Shown: piece after piece, positions 43,142-52,725 of the stretch
Position numbering within the stretch: the stretch's first letter is position 1
How the letters are laid out: every line of letters starts with the position of its first letter
Assembly: GCA_963706575.1 (NCBI GenBank)
Contig: CAVPNL010000018.1
Span: 1-64,000, forward strand
DNA length: 64,000 nt
Direction: 5' to 3'
Source: an uncultured delta proteobacterium
GTDB taxonomy: Bacteria; Desulfobacterota; Desulfobacteria; Desulfobacterales; JAHEIW01
Program-made: the position numbers and the translations under genes
Notes under the pieces: model-generated
The model's input: the letters and a program-made list of their open reading frames with translations, nothing else
Databases searched by the model: none
What the model was told of the DNA's origin: nothing

Positions 43142-46063
43142 ATGTTGAAATTCAAAAATAAAAAACGATTTTCAACCTATTTAATGACAGCCTTTGTCGT
43201 ACTGGTCAGCCTGTCGGTCGTTATTATCCTGGGGACAGTTTACCGGTATTTCGGCAAAAAAGTCGAGTCTGAATTTTATGAGAAATTACGGGCTCAAAAA
43301 GGCCAGGTTGAAATCATTTTAAATAACCGAATTTCAAGTATTATCAGTTTGCTAAATGATCTGGGATCCGACAATATCATCCGGGTTACCGTCATGCTGA
43401 ACACCACATCAAATCTTGAAGAGCGGATTACGCAAAATTATCCTTCAGGTAACGGGGTGTATCATTTTGTAAAAAAGGTGGGAGTAAAATCGATTGTTCC
43501 GCAAAAATACCCAGGGTTGTCTGAACAAATCATCAAATTTGTCATGACCGAATACCCGAATGGCGAGATGATACAAGACGGCGCCCACACAAGACTACTC
43601 TGGATTTTTTCAGCCCCTATCATGCATGAAACCGGTCGTATGGGGACCGCCTATGCCCTGTATGATATGATTCAGGATCAAAACCTTATGAATACCATTC
43701 AGCAAACCGTGGGGATCAACCTTGCGGTGAGCCAATCCGGTCAGTTAGTCAACCTGATCTCGCGCAAGGCCCTGCCGTTTGACCGGCAAACCCGGGAAAA
43801 TACGGCAAACCAGATCGGATTTGTTTTGTTTGACCAGAACCATATACTTTCTAAAATTAGTGAATTCAAGAATCTGTATTTTCAGTCTTCTCTGGAAAGC
43901 CTAATTCAAGAGCAAAAAAGAGTCACCCTTTGGATTGGCTTATTCTCCATTGTTATTCTGGCCGTATCTACTTTGATGGCTGTTTTTTTAGCAAGAAAAA
44001 TGGTTGAACCGCTGCAGAAAATGACCCATAAGGCCATTCAGATATCGGAAGGCCAAACAAATCTTCTTTTTGAAAATAACCGTCGAGATTATTGGGAATT
44101 TAACCAACTCTCGGAGGCCTTCAATTATATGATAACCAACTTGAAGGACGCCGAAGAGCAAACACGATATAAGGAATTGCTGGAAAACGTGGATGATGCC
44201 GTTTACATCATGGATCTAAACGGAAACATTCTGGAAGCCAATGAATCTGCTTACGCACCACTCGGTTATCGGCCTGAGATGTTTTTTGAACTCAATTTAA
44301 ATAAAATTATTCCTGAAAATGATGCGAATTTAATTCTTTACCAGGTCGTGGAGAAGGCCCAGTTACAACCTCAACCCAGAATAAATCTTGAAACCTTTCA
44401 CATTAAGAAAAATGGCACAAAGATCCCCGTTGAAATTCATTCGAGGGCAATTCGCTACCGGGGTAAACAAGTCATTTTGAATGTCGCCCGGGATATCAGC
44501 AAACGCACCGAGGCTGAAAAAGCACTTAGAGAAAGTGAAGAGCGATACCGATCCGTTGTCGAGAATTCTAGAGATGGAATCGTAATTCTCGACACCGATT
44601 TGAAAATTCTTTTCGCAAATGAGCGATTTTGCGAGATTTTGGGCCGTCCGCGTACTGAGATCCAGGGCCGTGATGTTATAAAATACCTGGAGCCTTCCGA
44701 ACACGGCAATATCGAAAGACATTTTCGGAAAATACAAAAGGGGGAAAAACTGAATTCCGGGCCGGTCTGCACTATCATACGCGACACCGGTGAGGCGCGG
44801 TCCGTTAAAATCAGTGCGAACCGCTTTCAGGACTTGAGTGAAAAAGAAAGAATCGTAAGCCAGATCTCGGATATCACCGATCAGTTACGTGCCGAAAACG
44901 AAAAACAACACCTTGAGGCCCAGTTAATGCATGCGCAAAAGATGGAAGCCATTGGCACTCTGGCGGGCGGGATTGCCCATGATTTCAACAATATTCTGAT
45001 GGGTATTCAGGGCTATCTATCATTAATGCGCCTGGGCACGGATTCCGACGACGCGAAAGATGATCAGCATGGCAAATATATACAGGGTATTGAAGATAAT
45101 GTCATGAGCGCAGCAAATCTAACCGAACAGCTGTTGGGATTTGCCAGAAAAGGAAAATATACCCTGCGCCTCACCTGTCTCAACGACATCATCGAAAGAA
45201 GTACCCATATGTTTATGCGTACCAAAAAAGAAATTACCTTACATAAAAGATACCAGGAAGATATCTGGAATGTTGAAGTGGATCAGGGACAAATTGAACA
45301 GGTGCTGATCAATCTTTACTTAAACGCCTGGCACGCCATGCCGGAGGGTGGTGACCTGTATATTCAAACGGAAAATGTTGCTCTCAGTGATGCACACTGT
45401 AAACCATTTGAGGTCGAGGGCGGCAATTATATAAAGCTTTCCGTGACAGACAGCGGCATCGGAATGGACCAAGATACCATCGGTCGGATTTTCGAACCCT
45501 TTTTCACGACCAAAGAAATCGGTAAGGGAACCGGTTTGGGGCTGGCTTCCGCATATGGAATCATCAAAAACCATAAGGGCATCATCCGCGTCTATAGTGA
45601 GCAAGGTCATGGAACCACATTCGTTATCTACCTGCCTGCATCTCAGGCCGAAGAAAAAGACGAATCACAAATAGATTATACAATAACAAAAGGCACAGAG
45701 CAGATTCTGCTTGTCGACGACGAGGAAGGGCCGATTCAGGTCGAAAAACTCATGCTGAAAGAATTGGGATACCGTGTTATGACGGCCGCAAGCGGCAGGG
45801 AAGCCATCGATATTTATGCCGAACATACCGATACAGTGGATTTAATTGCGCTGGATATGATCATGCCCGAGATGAACGGCAGAACCACCTTCGAGGAACT
45901 GAAAAAAATAAATGCTGATGTTAGGGTTTTACTGGTAAGCGGTTACAGCCTGAACAAACAGGTGGAAGAGATGCTCGAGCTGGGTTGTAATGGATTTATT
46001 CAAAAACCGTTTGACATAATCGAACTGTCCCGGACCCTGAGGGGTGTCTTTGATGGCGAATAG
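43142..46063 (+). CDS. Hybrid sensor histidine kinase (TM, HAMP, 2 PAS, HisKA, HATPase, REC)
   Basis: AGGIAHDFNNIL, FEPFFTTK, GTGLGL, C-terminal receiver. Confidence 0.95.
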   Translation: MLKFKNKKRFSTYLMTAFVVLVSLSVVIILGTVYRYFGKKVESEFYEKLRAQKGQVEIILNNRISSIISLLNDLGSDNIIRVTVMLNTTSNLEERITQNYPSGNGVYHFVKKVGVKSIVPQKYPGLSEQIIKFVMTEYPNGEMIQDGAHTRLLWIFSAPIMHETGRMGTAYALYDMIQDQNLMNTIQQTVGINLAVSQSGQLVNLISRKALPFDRQTRENTANQIGFVLFDQNHILSKISEFKNLYFQSSLESLIQEQKRVTLWIGLFSIVILAVSTLMAVFLARKMVEPLQKMTHKAIQISEGQTNLLFENNRRDYWEFNQLSEAFNYMITNLKDAEEQTRYKELLENVDDAVYIMDLNGNILEANESAYAPLGYRPEMFFELNLNKIIPENDANLILYQVVEKAQLQPQPRINLETFHIKKNGTKIPVEIHSRAIRYRGKQVILNVARDISKRTEAEKALRESEERYRSVVENSRDGIVILDTDLKILFANERFCEILGRPRTEIQGRDVIKYLEPSEHGNIERHFRKIQKGEKLNSGPVCTIIRDTGEARSVKISANRFQDLSEKERIVSQISDITDQLRAENEKQHLEAQLMHAQKMEAIGTLAGGIAHDFNNILMGIQGYLSLMRLGTDSDDAKDDQHGKYIQGIEDNVMSAANLTEQLLGFARKGKYTLRLTCLNDIIERSTHMFMRTKKEITLHKRYQEDIWNVEVDQGQIEQVLINLYLNAWHAMPEGGDLYIQTENVALSDAHCKPFEVEGGNYIKLSVTDSGIGMDQDTIGRIFEPFFTTKEIGKGTGLGLASAYGIIKNHKGIIRVYSEQGHGTTFVIYLPASQAEEKDESQIDYTITKGTEQILLVDDEEGPIQVEKLMLKELGYRVMTAASGREAIDIYAEHTDTVDLIALDMIMPEMNGRTTFEELKKINADVRVLLVSGYSLNKQVEEMLELGCNGFIQKPFDIIELSRTLRGVFDGE

Positions 46064-46157
46064 CGCTGCCGGCAATCCGGCTGAGTCGGACAAGGCACTC
46101 AGGGGCAAAGGCGAATAATCCACGTTGATTTTGTGATATTTTCGAGGGAAAGCTTTT

Positions 46158-46967
46158 TCACTTTGATGAAGGGCCGAGAATAATTTCAATGCGCCGGTTC
46201 TGGCGGCGTCCTTCCCTATTTTTATTGGGCGCAACCGGCCGATAAAAGCTGTATCCGTGCGCCGAAAGCCTTTCAGGCTGCAATCGGCCCTCTTTTTGAA
46301 GAAATCGGACCACCGCCGCCGCCCGGGCGACAGATAATTCCCAGTTGCTCGGAAATTTTTGCTTTAAGGCTGGACCTAAAGGCAGATTGTCTGTATGTCC
46401 TTCGACCAGTATGCTTTCATCGTTGTGCCCTCTGACGGTTTCGGCCATAATCAGCAACAACTGCTTGCCTTTTTCATTAATCTCAACACTGCCTGAATCA
46501 AAAAGAATTTTATCGATGAAGACAACCTTGAGGGTGTCTTCCATTTCCACGATTTCGATGTCCTGGGCGGCAATCTCATCTTTTAGGCTGGTTGCGATGG
46601 TCTTTTTGGTGTCATCCAGTAGGCGAATGACTTTATCCTGAAGCTTTATTACGGATTTCTTTTTTTTAAGATCGTTGTTGAGTTGCTCGACGTTTTGCGA
46701 AAGCCGCAAATTGATATTCTTAAGGTAGGTGTTCTCTGCTTTCAGGTCAGCCAGTTCTGTGTTACAGCTTTTTTGGGTTTGTTCGAGTTGAACCAATTGG
46801 GCATCAAGACTTTTAATCTTTTCCTGGGCCTCGTACAGTTCAATCCGGACATGCTTTAGTTCCGTATTCAGCAAAGCGTTTTGATCCTGCAGCTGCGGAT
46901 CGGATACGCAGGCCGTCAGCAGGAGAATAGCCAAACTCAAAACGCTGAGAAAACGCTTATTGCCCAT
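46158..46967 (-). CDS. OmpA/MotB family lipoprotein with coiled coil
   Basis: LTAC lipobox, EGHTD, SNWELSVARA, QNRRIEI. Confidence 0.9.
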   Translation of the reverse strand: MGNKRFLSVLSLAILLLTACVSDPQLQDQNALLNTELKHVRIELYEAQEKIKSLDAQLVQLEQTQKSCNTELADLKAENTYLKNINLRLSQNVEQLNNDLKKKKSVIKLQDKVIRLLDDTKKTIATSLKDEIAAQDIEIVEMEDTLKVVFIDKILFDSGSVEINEKGKQLLLIMAETVRGHNDESILVEGHTDNLPLGPALKQKFPSNWELSVARAAAVVRFLQKEGRLQPERLSAHGYSFYRPVAPNKNREGRRQNRRIEIILGPSSK

Positions 46968-46979
46968 TAGGTGATTTCC

Positions 46980-47135
46980 GTTTTGGTAATTAGTGTTTGG
47001 TATTTAGTTTTTAGTGTTTGGTATGAATATTTGATTTTATATCAGTTTGTTAGAATTCTAAACACTAAACGCCAAATACTAAACACTCTCGTAAAAAAAA
47101 AATTGTTTTCTGATTTTTTTTTCGAGACAACAATC
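46980..47135. repeat. Second, degenerate copy of the 37707-37875 element
   Basis: Shares GTGTTTGGTATGAA...TGTTAGAAT.CTAAACACTAAA...CTCGTAAAAA...TTTTCTGA.TTTTT.CGAGA. Confidence 0.8.
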
Positions 47136-47185
47136 TTTATTTATATCAAAATTTTCGTAATTTTCATAATTTTATTTCTTGGGTT

Positions 47186-48487
47186 TTACATCGGGGCATT
47201 AAAAGATTGTGCATAGCCGGTAAGCTCAACGTAGCCCGACCCTTTTACCGGATGTTTCCCGACCGAACCGTTTATTGAAATGCTGCCCTCCCAATATGTC
47301 ACGCCGGTGGTTGCTTGCGTCCGCATTTCCTGATCCGATAGGTTGGCCTTTGCGGTTAATTGAATCGCCAATGGAAAAACGGCGAGTCGCCAGTGCACCG
47401 GATACACGGCTTGGGAACGGGGACTTTCCCAGGAATTCAGGACATCTACCCTGAAATCGTCTTTTGTCAAATGTCGTGGATTCCCGGAACTGTCGATAAA
47501 CGTCCCGCTGGAGGCCTGGCTGAAGTGCCCCTCCTCAGTCCGCAACAGAAAAAGCATAATCTCGGTTTGATCGGAAAGTTGCAGGCTGAACCAATCCCAC
47601 CCAATAATTCCCGGCTCCAGGAGTGCCGTACTGAACTCGTGATCCATCCAACTTGAGCCTCTAACCGCAATCGTATTTCCGCCAAGCGTTAAAGACCCCT
47701 CGGTTTTCAATCGCGGAAACGAATAATAACAACTGGCACGTTCAGGGGTTGAACCTTTGCGGCTGTATCCCCTCTCACCATGTAAAACAGGCGGCTTAGC
47801 GGGTTTCAGCGTCAGCTGGTAGGAAAAATCATCGGTTGCTGTTTTGAGCAGATGTCGGTCCGCTTCTATTTTAGCCGACCAGTTTTTGATAAAAATCAGG
47901 GTATCCATCTCTTCTTGAGATACCCCTGCCATTCCCAGAGTTCCCCGGGCCATCAATTCGGATTGCAGATGCCTTTTATTAAAAATATCTGTAATGGCCG
48001 CATGTCCAAGATAAATTTGCCGGGTGCGCCAAGCTGAAGAGGGGCGTGGCCAACGCTTCTCATCAGCCGGGGCAGTTATCTGACTTCGGAAAAACGTCAG
48101 CTGAAAACCATATCGATTGCCGGTTTCAGCTTCAAGATTACCGGTATAATACCACCATTCGGTACGATAACCCGAATGGGATCCGTGATCTTTTGGAAAA
48201 ACCAGATTGCAGGGCCCGGTCACTGATAAAAAATCAGGTTGATCCTTTGCAATCGCATTATCACCAGCAGCAGTGTTGATCAGAAATAGACAAAGAAACA
48301 CAAAAGCAACTTTTAGGGATAATTCAAAGCTCAGAAAGTTTTTTCCGCCATGCCCGCGTATGCGGGCATCCAGGCCTCGTCGCCGCACAGGCGGAGATCC
48401 AAATATAAAAACACTGGATTCCCGCCTTCGCGGGAATGGCAAGCTTGGAATAAAGAAATTCACTGGCACCTCGGATGATTGTTGCAT
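47186..48487 (-). CDS. AttH/CrtC-like secreted lipocalin-fold protein
   Basis: FPKDHGSH, EWWYYTGNL, WMDHEF, GWDWFSLQL, YWEG, GYVELTGY. Confidence 0.9.
   Translation of the reverse strand: MQQSSEVPVNFFIPSLPFPRRRESSVFIFGSPPVRRRGLDARIRGHGGKNFLSFELSLKVAFVFLCLFLINTAAGDNAIAKDQPDFLSVTGPCNLVFPKDHGSHSGYRTEWWYYTGNLEAETGNRYGFQLTFFRSQITAPADEKRWPRPSSAWRTRQIYLGHAAITDIFNKRHLQSELMARGTLGMAGVSQEEMDTLIFIKNWSAKIEADRHLLKTATDDFSYQLTLKPAKPPVLHGERGYSRKGSTPERASCYYSFPRLKTEGSLTLGGNTIAVRGSSWMDHEFSTALLEPGIIGWDWFSLQLSDQTEIMLFLLRTEEGHFSQASSGTFIDSSGNPRHLTKDDFRVDVLNSWESPRSQAVYPVHWRLAVFPLAIQLTAKANLSDQEMRTQATTGVTYWEGSISINGSVGKHPVKGSGYVELTGYAQSFNAPM
48347..48440. repeat. Palindromic REP-type element (TCCCGCNNNNGCGGGAATCCAG class) inside the 5' end of the AttH-like ORF
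   Basis: GCCATGCCCGCGTATGCGGGCATCCAG ... CTGGATTCCCGCCTTCGCGGGAATGGC, 23/27 complementary with one compensatory change. Confidence 0.85.
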
Positions 48488-48492
48488 GAAAA

Positions 48493-48522
48493 CCTCTGCG
48501 AACTCTGCGTCTCTGCGGTGAA
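48493..48522 (-). repeat. CTCTGCG tandem arm between the permease stop and the AttH-like start
   Basis: CCTCTGCGAACTCTGCGTCTCTGCGGTGAA. Confidence 0.75.
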
Positions 48523-48527
48523 TAAAG

Positions 48528-51116
48528 TCATCTTTCCCTTAAAAGCGTTGCCGGCGGTTGTCGGAAAACCATCTTTACGGCCGGCAGCGCTGCGGCAAGG
48601 GCCGTTATGATAATCAATGGAATCGACAAGCCCAATGAGCCCCAGTCAACACCGTATAAAAAGGTCCAGCCGAACGATTGGCGATTAATCACGTAAACCA
48701 GCAGATACGACAGAATAAAGCCGCAGACAACCCCGGCCACTTCTCCGATGATCACCATAAAACCAGCCTCCCAGAATATCATCGTACGAATCTGCCGAAA
48801 ACTCGCACCGACCGCAAACAGAGTGTTTAGCTGCTGAGAACGCTCAAGCACCATTACCGTTAAGGTTGTGGCAATCCCCAGGGCAGCAATCACCAGGGCA
48901 ATTAGAAGTAAAACCGTTGTCACAGCAAATGTTTCGTCAAAAATTCTCAAAACAGCGCTGCGCAGTCCCTTACCGCTGTACATATCGACTTTGTCTCCCA
49001 TGCGGTCAATAATTTCATTGCGGAGTTTTGCGACCGCCAGGTCCAAATCCTGGGATCGGTCTTTGAAAAAAAAACGCAATCCGCCCCAGTAGGTTTGATG
49101 ATACTGCGCATTAAAATGCGGCATGGAGTAAAAAACCACACCACCTCGCGTTCGATAATCACGAACAATTCCTAAAATCGGCAGTTCAACATAGGATTCC
49201 TTGATTTGGGCTTCGAAAACATCGCCGACGGTTAAACCGGTGCGATTTGAGAATACCTCTGAAACAATAACGCCCTGACCGCCCTTAAGCATGGGACGGA
49301 TTTTATCCGCGTCTCCCTTCAGCCAGAAAAAGGACGCGTATTGCATAAATTTCTGGATGTCCAGCAGCTCAAACTCATAGGGAAATTTCCCATAGTTTAA
49401 GAAAAACCGCCGATTGGGTAAAATATCCACTTCGGATGTAAAATCCTGCAGATTGTCAATAATCTGCTGCGAAATGGGATATTGAAAGCGATTTATCTCT
49501 CCCATTTTGGAGGTTAAGAATAAGTCCCCTTTGATGGTCTCGTAGGTCCAGTATTCCACTGTCTGGCGAAAGCTGTAAATCATAATAACCAGAGCTGCAA
49601 ATAAGGCCACAGCGGTAATCAGGGCGCCGACCGAGACCGCCGTACGTGTCCCACTGTCTCGAATATGGCGGCTGGCGAGGTAAGCCGGTATGCCGGCCCG
49701 CCGTAGCAACAGAGATGAAAATCGATCGCTGATTCTTTGAATAGCCCAGGGTGCCAGCAGCGAAAAACCGACAAAGAGCAGCAAAATAGCCAAATAGCCG
49801 GGCAGCGGCATATCCAGAACTGCCGGAAGCCGGGATAAAGGCATCACCAACAGGATACAGATAAGCCCGCCAAGGGCAAGCTGGCGGGGTGATTTTCCGG
49901 GCCGCATACCCAGCTGAGAAATCTCCAGCGCTTCTTTAGGGGGTACCTGCATTGCCTCTCGGGCGGGTTGATAGGCCGCTAATATTGAGATGCCGACGGT
50001 GACAGCAAAACTGAAACTAATTTCAAAAATACTGAGAGAAAGCGTTTCCACCTGCACGCGCACAAAAAGGGTGGAGATGGTTTGACTCACGCCTTGCAGC
50101 AAATATTTAATCAGAAAATTGCCAAGGGGGATGGCCGCCAGCCAACCGGTGATCCCCAGAAAAGCACCCTCAGCCAAAAAGATAAAAAAAATGTGGTAGG
50201 CAGAGGCACCGGTGGACCGTAAAATCGCCAATTCATGACGACGGGAGGCCGCATTTAAGGCCACCAGACTGTAAACCAGAAACATTCCGACAAACAAAGA
50301 AGCAAAACTCAAAATGGAAAGATTGAGTTGGTAGGCCCTGATCATCATCTGCCCGCTTTCGCGCGTGGCGGTGGGCGGATTTAGCTGAATACTTGCAGGC
50401 AGCATTTGACGGATATCGGCAAGATCCTTTGGAGTGGCAAAAGGTTTCAGCTTCAAATCGATTCGATCCACTTTACCAAAAAGTCCGGTGAATTCCTGAA
50501 AAGTCGCAATATCAGTCAGCGCGATCCTGCCCCCTTCTGCCAGCGCCAGACCTTCCGGCTCCAGTTTCCCGATGATTTCAAAGTTTGACCTTTGGCGGAC
50601 ATGCTCAAGAAGCAACTGATCTCCCGGTTCCCGATTTAGCAGGCGCGTCAAAGGTTCGCTTAAAATTATCGTGTCGGGTTCTTTTAACAGATCAAACCAT
50701 ACAACGGCTTTTGGGTCCGTTGTCGGGGCAATCCGCCAGCTGCGCAGGGGACGATCCAGGATAGGATCAAACCCGATGAGAAGAAAAGGTTCTGAGCCGG
50801 CTTGGGCAATGCGGGTATAAGTGGACAAAACCGGGGATACATTTTGGATAGCCCGATGATTCCACAGATGGGTGATCAGATTTTCGGGCACATGTCCACC
50901 GGGCCGGGTTATGACATAATCGGCCTGACCGGCAATCAGATCCATGCTTTTGGCAAATGAATCCAGCGAAGCATTAACCGAAAGACGTACACTGCTAAAA
51001 ACGGCCGCACCCAAAGCAATCCCCAAGAGCACTGTTGCAATCCGCCCCATGTGTTTGCGCATATCCCGCAGGCTGAACCAGATAAAGAGGCGCAAAAAGA
51101 AAAATAAATTTCTCAT
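48528..51116 (-). CDS. FtsX/MacB-like ABC permease (AttF/G-like)
   Basis: Duplicated FtsX modules, RHELAILRSTGA, INRQSFGWT. Confidence 0.9.
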   Translation of the reverse strand: MRNLFFFLRLFIWFSLRDMRKHMGRIATVLLGIALGAAVFSSVRLSVNASLDSFAKSMDLIAGQADYVITRPGGHVPENLITHLWNHRAIQNVSPVLSTYTRIAQAGSEPFLLIGFDPILDRPLRSWRIAPTTDPKAVVWFDLLKEPDTIILSEPLTRLLNREPGDQLLLEHVRQRSNFEIIGKLEPEGLALAEGGRIALTDIATFQEFTGLFGKVDRIDLKLKPFATPKDLADIRQMLPASIQLNPPTATRESGQMMIRAYQLNLSILSFASLFVGMFLVYSLVALNAASRRHELAILRSTGASAYHIFFIFLAEGAFLGITGWLAAIPLGNFLIKYLLQGVSQTISTLFVRVQVETLSLSIFEISFSFAVTVGISILAAYQPAREAMQVPPKEALEISQLGMRPGKSPRQLALGGLICILLVMPLSRLPAVLDMPLPGYLAILLLFVGFSLLAPWAIQRISDRFSSLLLRRAGIPAYLASRHIRDSGTRTAVSVGALITAVALFAALVIMIYSFRQTVEYWTYETIKGDLFLTSKMGEINRFQYPISQQIIDNLQDFTSEVDILPNRRFFLNYGKFPYEFELLDIQKFMQYASFFWLKGDADKIRPMLKGGQGVIVSEVFSNRTGLTVGDVFEAQIKESYVELPILGIVRDYRTRGGVVFYSMPHFNAQYHQTYWGGLRFFFKDRSQDLDLAVAKLRNEIIDRMGDKVDMYSGKGLRSAVLRIFDETFAVTTVLLLIALVIAALGIATTLTVMVLERSQQLNTLFAVGASFRQIRTMIFWEAGFMVIIGEVAGVVCGFILSYLLVYVINRQSFGWTFLYGVDWGSLGLSIPLIIITALAAALPAVKMVFRQPPATLLRER

Positions 51117-51814
51117 GGGCGGTCCGTAAGCATACCGTCTTTAAGACCAATTTTGACCGAAGCCATTTCATCCGCAAGGGTGCTGTGGGTCGCAATCAAA
51201 ACGGTGCGATTCCATTTTCGATTCAGCTCGGCCAGCAAATCCATAACGATTTGCCCATTGCGGCTATCAAGGTTTCCGGTGGGCTCATCGGCTAAAATAA
51301 TCGCCGGATCATTGATAAGGGCTCTGGCAATGGCCGTGCGTTGCATCTCCCCGCCGGAAAGTTGTGCCGGAAGGTGATTTAAACGCGTATCAAGCTCTAA
51401 CCATTCAAGAAGCGCCATGGCTTTGGGTCGAATTTCAGCAATCGATTTGCCGGCCAGGAGAGCCGGCAGACAGATGTTTTCAAGGGCAGTTAAGGTCGGC
51501 AGCAAATTAAAAGACTGAAAAATCATGCCGACAATCTGCCGACGAAAGTGGGTCAATTGGCTATCGGATGTCTTGTTCAAGTCATGGCGGGCGACGATCA
51601 GTTCACCCCGGGAGGGCCGATCCAGGCCCGCCAGCAATGAAAGCAAGGTACTTTTACCGGAACCGCTGTTGCCCTTGAGCACCACCAGTTCACCCCCTGC
51701 GATTTCAAGATCAACCAGGTTAATCCCGACGACCTCGCTGTCACCCAATTTGTAGATGCGGGTTAAACCTTTGGCCGAGATTACGGGTTGTGGCTTCTCA
51801 GAGACCATAGTCAT
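51113..51814 (-). CDS. LolD/MacB-type ABC ATP-binding protein
   Basis: GNSGSGKS, FQSFNL, LSGGEMQR, ADEPTGNLD; start uncertain. Confidence 0.92.
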   Translation of the reverse strand: MTMVSEKPQPVISAKGLTRIYKLGDSEVVGINLVDLEIAGGELVVLKGNSGSGKSTLLSLLAGLDRPSRGELIVARHDLNKTSDSQLTHFRRQIVGMIFQSFNLLPTLTALENICLPALLAGKSIAEIRPKAMALLEWLELDTRLNHLPAQLSGGEMQRTAIARALINDPAIILADEPTGNLDSRNGQIVMDLLAELNRKWNRTVLIATHSTLADEMASVKIGLKDGMLTDRP

Positions 51815-51859
51815 TAAACCGTTTAGTGCTCTAATTGAGCCAAATCTGTTCAATAAAAA

Positions 51860-52030
51860 GTTAATTGTTATTTGTTATTCGTTATTAGAGTTCGACGATC
51901 ACCTCGCCTATGAATTCGATGAATGGTTATCTAATAAAAAGAGATTTTATTCCGCCGACCGATTAACCAATAACAAATTACCAGTATCAAATAACGACCG
52001 ATGGAGTTAAAACTCCATCGGTCGTTATTT
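51860..52030. repeat. Inverted 7-mer arrays (GTTATTN x4 / NAATAAC-like x5) fused to a perfect 20-bp palindrome
   Basis: AAATAACGACCGATGGAGTT-AA-AACTCCATCGGTCGTTATTT at 51989-52030. Confidence 0.85.
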
Positions 52031-52681
52031 CGCCAGAAAACCTTTCTCAACCGCATCATCAATGAGGCCGGAGACATAATCCCATAGGAAGCGGGAGCCG
52101 TCATCGACCGGCTGCATCCTCGTAATAACCTGGTTTTTCCGGATGCCATGCTTTTGCCAGGTGTGCCCGCGGGTAAAATAATTGTGTAAAAACGGCTGCA
52201 GCCGATCCAGGGCATTGGCAAATTTTGATTCAGGTGTATCTTTCTCTTCGTATTCATCCCATAACGCCCGAAATGCATCGGTCTGATCCGGTGGCAAGAT
52301 GTTGAAAATTCGATCAGCGGCTTTGGTTTCACGCATTTTTTGACCACGGCCGCCAATTTCATCATAGCAGTACGTATCATCGGCATCGATTTCGACCAGA
52401 TCATGCGCCAAAAGCAGTTTTATCACCTGCAAAAGATCCAGATTATCTTCATCAGCATACTCGGATAAAACCAGAAGGATTAAAGCAATATGCCAGGAGT
52501 GCTCGGCGGAGTTTTCCTGACGGGAGACATCTAACAATGTGGTCCTGCGGGAAATTCTTTTGAGCTTGTCCGCTTCCAGAATAAATTCAATTTGACGTTT
52601 GAAGCGCTCACCTTTTACGGACTGGATTTTGCGCTCCTGACGATTAGCGTCGGTTTTACCTTCACCTTCTGCTTTCAGCAT
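52025..52681 (-). CDS. HD domain phosphohydrolase
   Basis: ENSAEHSWH, HDLVEIDA, ALDRLQP; ATG after GAGGAG. Confidence 0.9.
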   Translation of the reverse strand: MLKAEGEGKTDANRQERKIQSVKGERFKRQIEFILEADKLKRISRRTTLLDVSRQENSAEHSWHIALILLVLSEYADEDNLDLLQVIKLLLAHDLVEIDADDTYCYDEIGGRGQKMRETKAADRIFNILPPDQTDAFRALWDEYEEKDTPESKFANALDRLQPFLHNYFTRGHTWQKHGIRKNQVITRMQPVDDGSRFLWDYVSGLIDDAVEKGFLAK

Positions 52682-52725
52682 AAGCCGTCTCCTCAATCGG
52701 CATTAATGTTATCACTTACAAGTTT

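Noticed and set aside
46971..47216. 81-aa hydrophobic ORF
   Set aside because: Translation of heptamer arrays and AT-rich spacer.
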